In this document: positions 1 to 12,050 of the stretch, piece after piece
Position numbering within the stretch: the stretch's first letter is position 1
Layout of the letters: the number at the start of each line of letters is the position of its first letter
Assembly (NCBI RefSeq): GCF_006345805.1
Contig: NW_021826235.1
Location: 1-35,875, forward strand
Source of the DNA: Octopus sinensis
Lineage: Eukaryota
Length of the DNA stretch: 35,875 nt
Direction: 5' to 3'
Program-made: the position numbers and the translations under genes
Notes under the pieces: generated by a model
The model's database searches: none
What the model saw: the letters and a program-made list of their open reading frames with translations, nothing else
What the model was told of the DNA's origin: nothing

Positions 1-29
1 CAAAAGAAAAACAGGACGCAAAGGATTTT

Positions 30-114
30 GCGTTACATATGTTTCGGGCTTTATTGAACAACTTATAAATGCATAATTGATATAATAGGTAGATCAAAAG
101 CCTTCTTCAGCCGC
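30..114 (-). ncRNA. Minimal type I hammerhead ribozyme motif (Penelope-associated), slightly degenerate
   Basis: Minus strand reads GCGG-CTGAAGA-A-GGCTTT...AAAGCC-C-GAA-ACATATGT-A-ACGC. It has the core boxes, stem II GGCTTT/AAAGCC, a palindromic stem III ACATATGT and a GUA cleavage triplet. Stem I is only partly paired. It lies 3' of the Penelope-like RT fossil. Confidence 0.7.
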
Positions 115-119
115 GTACA

Positions 120-1260
120 ATTACCACACCAAAGACATGTATCACATTATAACAGGTTTGAGAAAAAGTTTGAGAAAAAACCGAGTTTCATTGGAAAGTA
201 AATCCTCATAAGCGTACATGGTATGCGAGACTCCGAACAAATCGTCCATACCGTTTTTTCACTCATAAAGAATGAATACTGGGTAGATTACTTCATATAA
301 GGGAAGAATTGGATGTTGAGAGAAAGAGGAAAGGAATATATAAAACCATTCTGTTGTGGAGCATCATTGTGCTTAGCTTTATCAGATAAGATGTACGAAA
401 TATGTAAGCATATATTTTTAACTAGGTTATCTAAATTAATTCTAGCATTTTAGGAATATATTATTGGATTTTGCTAATTCTGGATTTCTTGGAAGATTAG
501 AATGGTGCTTTGTGAGAGTGCAAGTAACAACATTACAATTTACTAACAAAAAATTTAATCCAATCGTTAAATTTTGATTAGACTTCTTTAAGATTTGTGA
601 AAATATTTGCAGAATACGTTTGAGGGATTTGTTTTATTTTTCGCGCCTAAACATTCTGTGCATTAAATAACCATTATCTCTGTAGAGGCCATTGTGAATG
701 TTAGTAAATTTGGTGCATACTATATTTAAGGTATATAAACCTAGAAAATAACCAATCTCTACAGAATCCTTCGTACCCCTACTATGATTGCAATAAACAT
801 AAGAAATTTTGCTTTTGTTTTTAAACCTTAGGTTATTTTCATAATAAAGAAGAGATTTTCTAGGATATATAGTTTTAATTTCTGAAGTTTTATTGGCAAA
901 ATCTTTTAAACGAAATTGAAGGCATCATTTGAAAGAGATTTAGGGTGCGAATGATAAACAACTCCTACATCAAACAGGATAAAACAACTTTTTTTCCGTT
1001 TGAGATAGAAAGTAAAAATTAAAAAAATACAGAATTGGTATTTTTCCAAAGGAGAAAATGTAAAGCTAGCCAAATTTTGGATACTATCTTATCTAATGTC
1101 GATATCCATTTTATTTGGATAGTTGAGTCTTGGTAAGATGCTATTCGCGAATTTATACTTGTGATCTTTAAAAGTAAAGTAAGGGTTTTGTAATGTCAGA
1201 GATTTTACCGTATACTATATGTTTAAGTAGTTAATGATCTTTATTTTGCTCCTGTGTTTA
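120..1260 (-). mobile_element. Degenerate Penelope-like element reverse transcriptase fragment (GLYRDDG-type, Naiad/Chlamys-like)
   Basis: Manual minus-strand translation across stops and frameshifts: KRKKSCFILFDVGVVYHS...RKSLLYYEN...SRGTKDSVEIGYFLGLYTLN...NGLYRDNGYL...LNFL. This is collinear with recalled PLE RT motifs FxxFDI.xFYPS / RKSLLF / MGSxDGAExxxLxGLY / GLYRDDGL. The catalytic DD is mutated to DN. Boundaries are approximate. Confidence 0.75.
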
Positions 1261-1327
1261 TATACCATACGGATGAAAACGTGTTTTTATTTTTATAACT
1301 ATTGGTTACGGAATTGAATTAAAAATT

Positions 1328-1349
1328 ATACATACTACATACATACATA

Positions 1350-1394
<45 letters not shown>

Positions 1395-1416
1395 TATAAT
1401 ATAGATATATATATAT

Positions 1417-1478
<62 letters not shown>

Positions 1479-1524
1479 TATCTAATATATATATATATAA
1501 TATATATATATATTATATATTATA

Positions 1525-1600
<76 letters not shown>

Positions 1601-1612
1601 TATATATATATA
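1328..1612. repeat. (TACA)n/(TA)n microsatellite
   Basis: Direct reading. Confidence 0.97.
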
Positions 1613-1879
1613 AACAAGTATGTCTCTGAATGTTTGTTTTCTCTATATCCATAGAAATGTTTACGCGTATGTGTGTGAGAGCGAGAGACAGACAGAGACA
1701 GAGAGAGACAGAGATTGAAAATGAGAAAGAAAAAATGAGGTCCCGCCTTGTCTCGGTCTACATGTACTGAATATTACAATATTCGTTTTTTGTTTTTCTC
1801 TCAATGTGGCTCTGCTGGTCTTATATTTCATGTGTGCAGATGCGCATTTGTATATGTTAGTGCACGTATGTTGGTGCTA

Positions 1880-1943
1880 GTGTATATATGTGCACAGTTA
1901 CATATATGTGTTTGTGTGTTTGTGCATGTGTGCGCGCGTGCGT

Positions 1944-1984
<41 letters not shown>

Positions 1985-2119
1985 TGTAACCATTGAATTA
2001 TGTATATGCGTGTGTCGTGTCTTTCTGTATGCATGATTACGTGTGTGAGTGCTTATAGATATTGAAGTGCGTGTGCATCCGTGCCTTTGTCCATGTGTGT
2101 GTATGTGTAAGCTCCTTTC

Positions 2120-2180
<61 letters not shown>

Positions 2181-2405
2181 ACGTGGGTTCCGATGCTAAT
2201 GTGTGTGTGTGTGTTTGCATTATTTGTATTGTTTTTATGCCGACACAATGCATCAGTATTTTCATCGTATTTCACAACGTGCGTGTATATGTGTGTGTGT
2301 GCATGCAAGACGTGTATGCACGTTCGAGCATGCGTATGTGCGTGCATGCATGCATGCATGCGCGTGTATGTGTGCGTGTATGTGTATGTGTATGTGTATG
2401 TGTGT
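1880..2405. repeat. (TG)n/(TA)n/(TGTA)n compound microsatellite region
   Basis: Direct reading; source of the CVCV/HTHT ORFs. Confidence 0.9.
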
Positions 2406-2428
2406 TTCTTTGTTTTGTTCTATGTCAG

Positions 2429-2521
2429 AGCTCCACAGGGTACAGGTAAGCTGTATAACGGCTGGGCAATGATCGGCTATTGAAGGTTATGACGAAGAAG
2501 CCAACCAATAAGAATATCGAA
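2429..2521 (+). other. Candidate host exon (5'UTR plus start, MTKKPTNKNIE)
   Basis: Unique island between microsatellites. Pyrimidine tract plus TCAG acceptor at 2428; donors CAG|GTAAGC (2446) and GAA|GTAAGT (2522); ATG at 2489 is open to the second donor. No homology support. Confidence 0.3.
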
Positions 2522-2559
2522 GTAAGTCTGTCTTTAAGTGTGACTGTACTCAAATCTCT

Positions 2560-2662
2560 TAGTTTGTCTCCCTCTTTCTCTCACCTTCCTTCGGTATGAG
2601 TGCACTCAGCTTCCTACCTCATACCCACCTCTTTATCTCTTCCCTCCGTTCCTCTCCTCTCC

Positions 2663-2704
<42 letters not shown>

Positions 2705-3479
2705 TCTCTATCTTCACTTTCTCCCTGTCCTTCTCTCCCTTCCTCTACTTTCGGTCTCTCCGCCTTACTGTCACCTTTCTCTTCTTCTCCCTCTCCTCTT
2801 CTCTTGTCTCCACTTATCCCTCGCTCTCCTTTTCCTTTTCCTTCTTAATTTTTCTCAGCGTGTTTAAGTATGGCTGCACTGAGGTCTCTCTCCAACTCTC
2901 TCTCTCTCTCGCTCCTTCTCTCGCTCCCTCTCTCTTCCTTTCTTCTCTCACTGCTTCTTTCTTCCTCTCTTTCATTCTTTCCAACTTTGTCTAGTCTATT
3001 GTCTTAGTCTGTCTCACCGTCTCTCCTTCTCCCTCTCTTTTTCTCTCACTCCTCTCATTCTCTCTCACTCTCTCACTTTCTCTCTCACTCTCTCACTCTC
3101 TCACTCTCATTCTCTCCAACTCTGTCTGCCTCACCCTCTCTCTGAGCTTTCCTAAGTATTATTACACTTAGTTCTCTCCACCCCTCTGCCTCTCTCTCCA
3201 CTCTCTCGCTCTCTCTTTTTTGCTCCTTCTCTTCCTTTCTCTCCCTATCTCTCCCTCTCACTCATTCTTTCCAACTCTGTTCGTCTCTCTCTCTCTCTCT
3301 CTCTCCCTGAACTTTCTTAAGTCTGATTACACTCAGGTTTCTCTCTCTGTCTCTTTCTCACTCCCTCTCCTTCTTTCCATACTTCTTCTTCTCTCTCTCT
3401 CTCTTCTCTCTCTCTTTCTCTCCATACTTCTTCTCGCGCTCTCTCTCTCTCTCTCTCTTTTTATCCATACTTCTTCTCG

Positions 3480-3510
<31 letters not shown>

Positions 3511-3519
3511 CATACTTCT

Positions 3520-3555
<36 letters not shown>

Positions 3556-3645
3556 CATACTTCTTCTCGCTCTCTCTCTCTTTCTCTCCATACTTCTCTC
3601 TCTCTCTCTCTTTCTCTTCATACTTCTTCGCTCTCTCTCTTTCAC
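2560..3645. repeat. (CT)n-rich polypurine/polypyrimidine tract with TCCATACTTCTTCTCGC subrepeats
   Basis: Direct reading. Confidence 0.9.
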
Positions 3646-3894
3646 ATCTTGACATTCACCTACCTACTTGTTGCTAACGACAGTGATAACGTCTTCTTAT
3701 GTACGTGTGTATATGTGTACCTGTGTGTATAAGTGTGTATGCATGCGTGCACGTGTGTGTGCACGTGTGTATATGTATGTGTGTGTGTATAAGCAGGTGT
3801 GTGGCTGTCTTGCATCCTCTTTCTATGTGTGTATGAGTGTATATGTTGTCTGCGTGTGTGTATGGGGGTGGTGTGTGGGGGGGGGGGGTGAGAG

Positions 3895-4100
3895 ATACAC
3901 TCAAACAGACAGGCAGGCAGGCAGGCAGACGGAGACAAACAGACAAACAGACAAACAGACAATCCGACAGACAGACAGACAGGCATGCAGACTTACAGAC
4001 AGCAAAAGTTTACAGCAGAGACCGAGACAGGTAGGATGAACAAAAAAAACCCACAGCAACGACAACCAGCAACGGCAACAACAACAACAACAACAACAAT
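3895..4100. repeat. (CAGA)n/(CAGG)n and (CAA)n microsatellites
   Basis: Direct reading. Confidence 0.85.
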
Positions 4101-4300
4101 CAGCGATGACATCAACGGCGGCGACGACAGGAATAACAAGAGCAACACACCTTTAATGATAATGGTATAAAGGTAAGAGCAGTGATAGCATTGTCAGTGT
4201 AACATCAACCACAGCCTTAGCAACAACAGCTCTCTACCTGTAGAAATGATATGATGGTAGCGACACAACAAATACGATACACGCAAACGATGGAAACATT

Positions 4301-5310
4301 TACCTGGTCGCGCGATCTGTTAAGAAAAATAGCAGCAAAGTGTTCCTCAAATAATATCATTTCGTCTTAGCAAAAAAAAAAAGGGGGGGGGCACGTTGGA
4401 TAATGCGTAGAATCCTTGTTTCGCCTGCACGTAAGAAAAGGATGAGACGCAGATGATGAAAAGACCTACCTGGTCGCGCGATCTGTTAAGAAAAATAGCA
4501 GCAAAGTGTTCCGTAAATAATATCATTTCGTCTTAGCAAAAAAGTGGGGACATGTTGGATAAGGCATAGCATCCTTGTTTCACCTGCACGTAAGAAAAGG
4601 ATGAGACGGAGATGGTGGAAAGATCTACCTGGTCGCTCGATTTGTTAAAAAAAAACAGTAACAAAATGTTCCTGAAATAATACCATACCCTCTAAGGAAA
4701 AAAGGGACACGTTGGATAATGTATTGAATTCTTCCTTCTCCTGCACATAAGAAAAAGAAGAGGTGCAAATGAAGGAATATAGACGCAGGAGTGACTGTGT
4801 GGTAAGTAGCTTGCTTACCAACCACATGGTTCCGGGTTCAGTCCCACTACGTGGCACCTTGGGCAAGTGTCTTCTACTATAGCCTCGGGCCGACCAATGC
4901 CTTGTGAGTGGATTTGGTAGACGGAAACTGAAAGAAGCCCTTCGTATATATGTATATGTATACATATATGTGTGTGTGTGTGTGTGTGTTTGCGTGTCCG
5001 TGTTTGTCACCCCAATATCGCTTGTAACCGATGCTGGTGTGCTTACGTCCCCGTATCTAGCGGTTCGGCAAAAGAGACCGATAGAATAAGTAGTAGGGTT
5101 ACAACGAATAAGTCCTGGGGTCGATTTGCTCGACTAAAGGTGAAACAAGTAAAGAGAGAGAGAAAGATTTATCTGGTCGCTGAATCAGTCAAAAAAATAG
5201 GGAGTAAAATGTTCCTTAAGTTATACCCTATCGTTTTAGGAAAAGGGGACACATTGGATAATGTGTAGAATCCTCGATTTCCCTGCACTTAGAAAAATGA
5301 CGAGATGGAA
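4301..5310 (+). repeat. ~160-bp tandem repeat, four diverged units, interrupted by a SINE
   Basis: TACCTGGTCGC...AAAATAGCAGCAAAGTGTTCC...GTTGGATAA...CCTGCAC units start near 4302, 4467, 4626 and 5170. Confidence 0.85.
4781..5160 (+). mobile_element. SINE family A (tRNA-like head, CORE-like segment, internal microsatellite)
   Basis: Box A TGACTGTGTGG and box B GGTTCAGTCCC; CCTTGGGCAAGTGTCTT; high similarity to other copies in the window. Confidence 0.9.
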
Positions 5311-6104
5311 TGCGTTCGATTATTGGTCCCTTCGATTAGGCCCACCTCGGGGCTAAACAACAATACCAGAGTATAAATTACAACCGCAAGAATCATAGCA
5401 ACAGATCATAGCAACGACGATGACAACAAACAACTCATATTAGAGAAACGTATAAAAAATAGATTACTACTACTACTACTACTACTACGGAGCCACTAGG
5501 TTGTCGGTCTATATCCTAGAAATAATGCCAAATCTCCCTCTATTTATGCCCTACGGTCTTGGTGAAAAAGGTGACGTTGAATAATGTAAAGGATGCTGGG
5601 TTCCCTACATAGAGGAAGAAGATGAGGTGGTCATGGCAGGAAATACCTTTGATTATGGGTCTGTCTCTTCCATCAGGCCTGACTCGGGGTTAAGCAAGTA
5701 TATCTATATTAAAACTGACAACAATAACAGCAACAACAACAAGAGTGGAGAAGGGTAAAAAGAGAAATGTTGAATTAATATTTACTGTCGTCATGACAAC
5801 GACAATTTTGGAGCCACTATGCTATCACTCGATATGCTAGAAATAGCAGCAAAAGTCTCCACTAACCACACAACATACAAATCTCCGAACCAAAGAAAAA
5901 AGATGGACGGGCGCACTTTTGGATTCACTGCCTAAAAATAAGTGATCGGAGGAGATGGTCATGGCTGAGATGTCTTTGATCAAAAGTTTGCTAAATCAGG
6001 GGTCAGAAGAGTTTAAATAACAGCAACAACCGTAATAAGTAGAAATGAAACAAAATAAAAACAATTGCTACATGTAGTAGTTGTGGTAGTGGTGGTGGTC
6101 ATTT

Positions 6105-6133
6105 TAGTAGTAGTAGTAGTAGTAGTAGTAGTA

Positions 6134-6166
<33 letters not shown>
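6105..6166. repeat. (TAG)n microsatellite
   Basis: Direct reading. Confidence 0.95.
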
Positions 6167-6619
6167 AAAGATGTTTATGGTGATTGTGAGAACAACTGAC
6201 GCAGGAGGGTCGTATTAACTCTAGGCTAGTATTTTATTGTCACTTAAATCGGGAACGGAAACAGGGCAGGGTCAGGGTAATCGATTGTATTGATCCCCTG
6301 CACATAATTAGTATTTTATTTTATCGATTATGGAAGAATGGAAGACAAAGTTAACCGCGGTGAGATTTGAACTCGGAATCCAAAGTGTGTCGGAAGATAT
6401 ACGGTTACGTAATTCATCCGACACTATAACACAGTGTCTCGCCTTCCCTTTTCGCAAATACCCCTACAAAATACTTGGTTGTTTACAACCTGCACCCCAT
6501 CAAATTGCACCCGTTTGTAATTAAGGTAGTTTTCGTAATTAAACTCAAAATGAATATAAACGAATTTGTTTGTTTTTTTTTACTCCTAAAAAGAGAAAAA
6601 GCAGAATGATGGATTAACA

Positions 6620-6942
6620 CTGCTTCTCAACCGAGGTCCGTATAAGATTTTAGGGGCTCCACGCTAGCAAAATACTAAATTGGAGACTGGTAGTAATATA
6701 TTAAGTGTCCATGAAAAAGCTTTGCTTTAGATGAATTTATTGAAAGAAACAGCTAGGTTTCTTTATCTAATGTTTTACATAAGTCAGCTACACAAATGAA
6801 TGTGTGAAAAGCAAAAATACGAATTTTGAAAGCATTATCATTAAAACAAGTTTTTAAACACCGAATGACTATGGGGTCCATTAAAATGAAGTACTAATCA
6901 AAGGAAGTCCATAGGTTTTTAAAAAATGGTTGAGAGACCCTG
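6620..6942. mobile_element. hAT (Charlie-like) MITE, degenerate
   Basis: Termini CACTGCTTCTCAACC ... GGTTGAGAGACCCTG; related in reverse orientation to 11631-11875. Confidence 0.6.
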
Positions 6943-7736
6943 AATTAGCAGAATCGTTAGAATGTCGAAGTCCTTTGTAGTATTTGCTCCGTTTCTTAAA
7001 GAAACGGTTCCATAATCTTCAACAATACTTTTCATGTGTCCGAACTCGATATTGTTACCGCTTATGTGTACTTGTGGTGGCATTCACTCGCGGTGAGTTG
7101 AGCCGGCTCCGACCAAGTTCACCATGTCCTTCAAAAATGCTGACCACATCCATCAGTCGGCTCTAACCTTCTAGCATGCACAACAGTAATGCTTCTGTCA
7201 GCAGCTTCAAAGTCCAGCTGGCAAATTTGACAAATACTCCACTGGGAGAGCAAGCATGTTGGATAGCGTGGACGCGGTAGCCGTAGTTGCCATTCACTGT
7301 TGAGCTGTAGCGTTCGTATTCAGAATTTCCAGGGGGAATTCAATTTCACATGTGGTCCCCCAGTCACATGCATACACATGTTGGAATAGCGTGATCCGTA
7401 GCAGTTCCTCTTACCGTCGATAACCGACAGTCGCAGAGGATTCGCTGACCAATTCCCCACTGATTATCGGAGCGGACGTAGCCTGGGTTTGAAGCGAGTG
7501 GTACACATGCTAGGACCCTAACATGCTGGGACCCTTTTCTGTAGCTGTACTAAACTTGGTTTGATGCCTATTTCCTATATCTATCAGGTCAAATCTGTAA
7601 AAATCGTTCTTAATTCCTCTATAACTAAAAGAATACATTTTACTCGCACTCTCCATGTTTACCCATATATTATTATTATTATTCAATCAGCAAACATTTA
7701 ACCAATTAATGATCGATTGCTTGATCAATACAACCA

Positions 7737-8161
7737 AGGTGCAGGAGTGGCTGTGTGGTAAGTAGCTTGCTAACCAACCACATGGTTCCGGGTTCAGTCC
7801 CACTGCGTGGCATCTTGGGCAAGTGTCCTCTGCTATAGCCCCGGGCCGACCAATGCCTTGTGAGTGGATTTGGTAGACGGAAACTGAAAGAAGCCTGTCG
7901 TATATATGTATATATATATATGTGTGTGTGTGTGTGTTTGTTTGTGTGTCTGTGTTTGTCCCCCCAACATCGCTTGACAATCGATGCTGGTGTGTTTATG
8001 TCCCCGTTACTTAGCGGTTCGGCAAAAGAGATCGATAGAATAAGTACTGGGCTTACAAAAAGAATAAGTCCCGGGGTCGAGTTGCTCGATTAAAGGCGGT
8101 GCTCCAGCATGGCCGCAGTCAAATGACTGAAACAAGTAAAAGAGTAAAAGAGTAAAGAGTA
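7737..8161 (+). mobile_element. SINE family A, full length
   Basis: AGGTGCAGGAGTGGCTGTGTGG head through GGTGCTCCAGCATGGCCGCAGTC...GACTGAAAC and an (AAAGAGTA)n tail. Confidence 0.93.
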
Positions 8162-8276
8162 ATCAGCTACATTGTTATTAATGTGAATAAAAAAGGAATA
8201 ATTATGATTGGACACATTTTTTTATTGCTACGATCAAAATGAGAGCAATTAAAACAGCATACGTTATTTATTGAAA

Positions 8277-8803
8277 CTGGATTGCCCGGAAAGTCCGTTC
8301 CGATTTTTAAAGGAAAGAAAAAGGTCAATAAATACTTGCCATTACATTTTTCATCAACCAAATATGAACCATTTTCTTGCACAATGCGTCTCCAACTTTC
8401 CTTTAACTTGAAAATACCCTCTTCCCAGAATTCAGGTAGTTTCATGGCAAAGATATCTTTTTACGTCATCCAAGGAATTGAAATTTTTACCATTAAGACT
8501 ATTCTGCAGAGACTTGAATAAGTGGGAATCCGAAGGAGCAATATCTGGTGGATATGGAGGGTGGGGTAACACATCCCAGCCGAGCTGCAGCAATTTTTGT
8601 CTGGTCCCCAAAGTATCAGGTGCCGAAAATGAACTTTCATATCTTCCATTTTAAAGGGTTACGCAACACAGGTTATAAGATAGCTTAAACTGTGCTTTAA
8701 ATGGAGGTGTAGTCAAATCCTATTTTATGGACTCAACTATGTTCTAAAATAAGTGGATAGGTAATCTACTATAAATCGGCACGAACTTTCCGGACAACCC
8801 AAT
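8277..8803 (-). mobile_element. Internally deleted mariner transposon
   Basis: TIRs CTGGATTGCCCGGAAAGTCCGTTCCGATTT / AAATCGGCACGAACTTTCCGGACAACCCAA. Minus-strand peptides MEDMKVHFRHLIL, GWDVLPHPPYPPDIAPSDSH (YSPDLAPxD motif) and PEFWEEGIFKLKESWRRIVQENGSY. Confidence 0.92.
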
Positions 8804-9795
8804 AAATTTCTATGATTGATGACCAGCAGCAAGTTTTAAAATATTTCTTGGTTCCAAGTTTGATAAAAGAAATCGTAAATCTTTACCAATCACTGCTTTT
8901 AGTTTTGGTTAAAGTTTATTTTACTGCACTAAAACCATTTTCGATAATATAGAATATTTCAGTCTACATTGCAACTACGTTTCACACAAGCTTTGATTTT
9001 CAAAAATCTTTTTTGCCTCTTCATCATTTTGTAAATCTACGATGTGCTAATGCTTTTTTTTTTTTTTTTTGATCTATTTTGCACGAGAAATAGGTTTCGT
9101 TGTTTCTTATCCAGTCAAAAATTCTCAGCTTAATCAACTCGTTAAATCTTGCCTCAAAATGTTCCTTCAGTTGTTGCAAATATTCATAGTAGCTCCCCAG
9201 ATCTACAAATAATAGAGCAAGTTTTTTTTATCCATTGATGGAAACTACAGATATCTCTTCGGCCAATTTTTCGTTCGACAATTCAATCTCAATAATACTA
9301 AAATTCTAGGAATGTTTGTGTGTAATCGAAATATCTCAGAAATAGTTTATTTTATCTTAATTTTTTTTTTGCGCATTTATTTTCATACTTATCTTCGGCA
9401 GTGTAGTACACATTTTTGTGATAGTTGGACCTCTATTTATTAATGGAAATGATTAAACACAATTTTTGTTTGTTATTTCTTGACGAAAAATACATGGCGT
9501 CTGTGACGTCAACACACATACACACATACAGAATACACACACATATAATGAATTTCATGGCGTGTCAATCAACACAAACACACGTTCACTATCTGTGACA
9601 TATACACAAACATAGTCTTCACGCTGTCTAAGAAAAAATGCAACTCTTTGACGTACACAATACTTTAATCCTTTAGAAATATTTAAACTGAATGTGATTT
9701 CAAAAATGTAAGTTGTTTGTACAATAAGTATTTATATTTTAACTTTCATTAAATAGACAATATTTTTATGTTTTTTCCCTTATTTTCAAGTGAAT

Positions 9796-9945
9796 GGCAA
9801 TCTTTCGCTTTTCATCTGGAGTTCGTTAATTTCCGTAATTTTTTATTTTATTTACTTATGTTTTAAGGTGAAAGAGGAGTGAAATATGTATGTACGTAGA
9901 AATGAAATGGACGTGTGTGTGTGAAAGAGTAAGAGAGAGAGAGAA

Positions 9946-9978
<33 letters not shown>

Positions 9979-10366
9979 GGAAGAGAGAGAGAAAGAGAGA
10001 TAGCGGGAAAGAGAGAGAGAGAGAGTTAGTGAAGGGGTGTGTTGTCATGTATACGTACATACAACAATACATATGCGTATATCTTTTTTGTATGTATGTG
10101 TGCACGTGTGTGTGTGAGAGAGAGAGAAAGATTGTGTCTGTGAGTGAGTGAACCTGTGTGTTCTCATGTATGTTTAAGTGGCTCTCTCTATTTCTCTCTC
10201 ACACACACACACACACGCCCATTTCATATATACGTTCATACATTTTTCACTTTCTCCTCTCTTTCACTCTAAAACAAAAGTAAATAAATAAATTTTTCTA
10301 CGGAAATTAACGAACAAAACCAGCTGAACCGGATGACAGTACTGAAAGTCAAAGCGAAAGATCGCC
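9796..10366. mobile_element. Foldback/MITE-like element with ~130-bp imperfect inverted arms around microsatellites
   Basis: 9796-9925 is the reverse complement of 10205-10366 (ATCTTTCGCTTT...GTTCGTTAATTTCCGTA...GAAATGGRCGTGTG). Confidence 0.7.
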
Positions 10367-10823
10367 CCAAGGGAATACCATTACAAAAATTTTTTTCGAA
10401 TGCATTCAACGTATTTCAGCTCCAAAGATTTGGCTGCTATTTCTAGCACGCCCTACTACCAAGTAACAGCTATTTGCGATAAAGGACTCGAAATACCTGT
10501 TATGTGGTAGCAGGGCGTACAAGAAACCGCAGCCAAATCTTTACTTTTCTGGGGAATAGAGCCGTTTATGCGTGATTTCGATGTTACATTCATTGAAAGC
10601 ATGCGAAATAACCTGGAAAAGAAAAAAAAGCTACGAAACAAAACTCCGTTGCTGGGAAAATCAGACTTTCCAGGTGAACCAACGGGTCACGGGTAGTCTA
10701 ATTTCACTTATAAAGTTGTTGACTGCAATCTTTGCGCGTATTTATTTAAAATAGTTTCTTTGCATTTCTAAATTCAGACCGTTCAATTCTCCATAATTAT
10801 CAGCTATGTAAGCTTTATTTCTA

Positions 10824-11053
10824 TACTCTTTTACTCTCTTTTACTCTCTTTTACTTGTTTCAGTCATTTGACTGCGGCCATGCTGGAGCACCGCCTTTAG
10901 TCGAGCAAATCGACCCCGGGACTTATTCTTTTGTAAGCCCAGTACTTATTCTATCGGTCTCTTTTGCCGAACCGCTAAGTGACGGGGACGTAAACACACC
11001 AGAATCGGTTGTCAAGCAATGCTAGGGGGACAAACACAGACACACAAACACAT

Positions 11054-11098
<45 letters not shown>

Positions 11099-11264
11099 TA
11101 CGACAGGCTTCTTTCAGTTTCCGTCTACCAAATCCACTCACAAGGCATTGGTCGGCCCGGGGCTATAGCAGAAGACACTTTCCCAAGATGCCACGCAGTG
11201 GGACTGAACCCGGAACCATGTGGTTGGTTAGCAAGCTACTTACCACACAGCCACTCCTGCGCCT
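10824..11264 (-). mobile_element. SINE family A, full length
   Basis: Reverse complement of 7737-8161; (TACTCTTT)n-type tail at left. Confidence 0.93.
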
Positions 11265-11630
11265 ATAAAGATAATGTTTCATTTTTAATTGGTCATCAAG
11301 ACTTATAAATAAAATTTCAACAATAACGTTGCATAGCAGGAAGAGACATTTCAAACAGAATCTTTTCGGCAACCATCTAACTTCAACGAAGAGAAGTAGT
11401 GTTTCAAAATGTCCGTTATTCGTTTCACGTAACTGATTGAACAAGCTAATGTACAAGGCCCAAGCTTTAATTAGTGCTAACAGTAATTATCATTAAGGCC
11501 AGGCTTGAAGACAGCTTCTCATTAAGCTTTTTAACAGCAAGGTGTTGATTAGTTGCACTCTGAATCGCGAACAGAAACAGCATCTTTTTTCATCTGTAAC
11601 ACTAGATCAACTTGGCCACTTTCAACAGAT

Positions 11631-11875
11631 CAGAGGTTCTCAATCAATTTTGCCTATGAACCCATTTGATTCCTTTTTTAAATGAATGGACCCCTCATAA
11701 CCATTTGATAAAAAATCACGTATTTTTATAATCAATCACTATTAAAAATTGCATTTAAAAAATGTTAGTCTTTTGTGCCTCGTAGAAATATAACCAATTT
11801 ATTGCACATATATTTTAACTACGAAATCTTATATGGACCCCCAAGGGCCATAGGAACCCCCGTTGAGAACCACTG
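11631..11875. mobile_element. hAT (Charlie-like) MITE
   Basis: TIRs CAGAGGTTCTCAA / TTGAGAACCACTG; the 8-bp flanks match only 5/8. Confidence 0.7.
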
Positions 11876-12050
11876 CTATTGATGGTACACCATCAGTCGT
11901 ATACAACACTATAATGATGATGAGAATATTTCCATTTTTAAGTAGCTTTTGAAGAGTTTGTTTTCGTTTGTACCAATTTTCTCATACAAGTCATCAATAA
12001 AGCTCTTTGCTTCAAGCAGTATACTAAATCCATTCCCTCTTTCATTTTTG

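Larger units (their letters stand above)
8810..11500 (-). mobile_element. Fragmented hAT (Buster/Charlie-like) transposase fossil, interrupted by younger insertions
   Basis: Ordered minus-strand pieces: LFNQLRETNNGHFETLLLFVEVRWLPK (~11450-11365, cf. HTEVRWLS), YGELNGLNLEMQ (~10795-10760), LQQLKEHFEARF...DLQNDEEAK...ENGFSAV...DLRFLLSNLEPR (~9190-8850, dimerisation region). Confidence 0.75.

Noticed and set aside
1748-4170. Many ORFs rich in CV/HT/LS/RE
   Set aside because: Translations of dinucleotide and tetranucleotide microsatellites with no domain content
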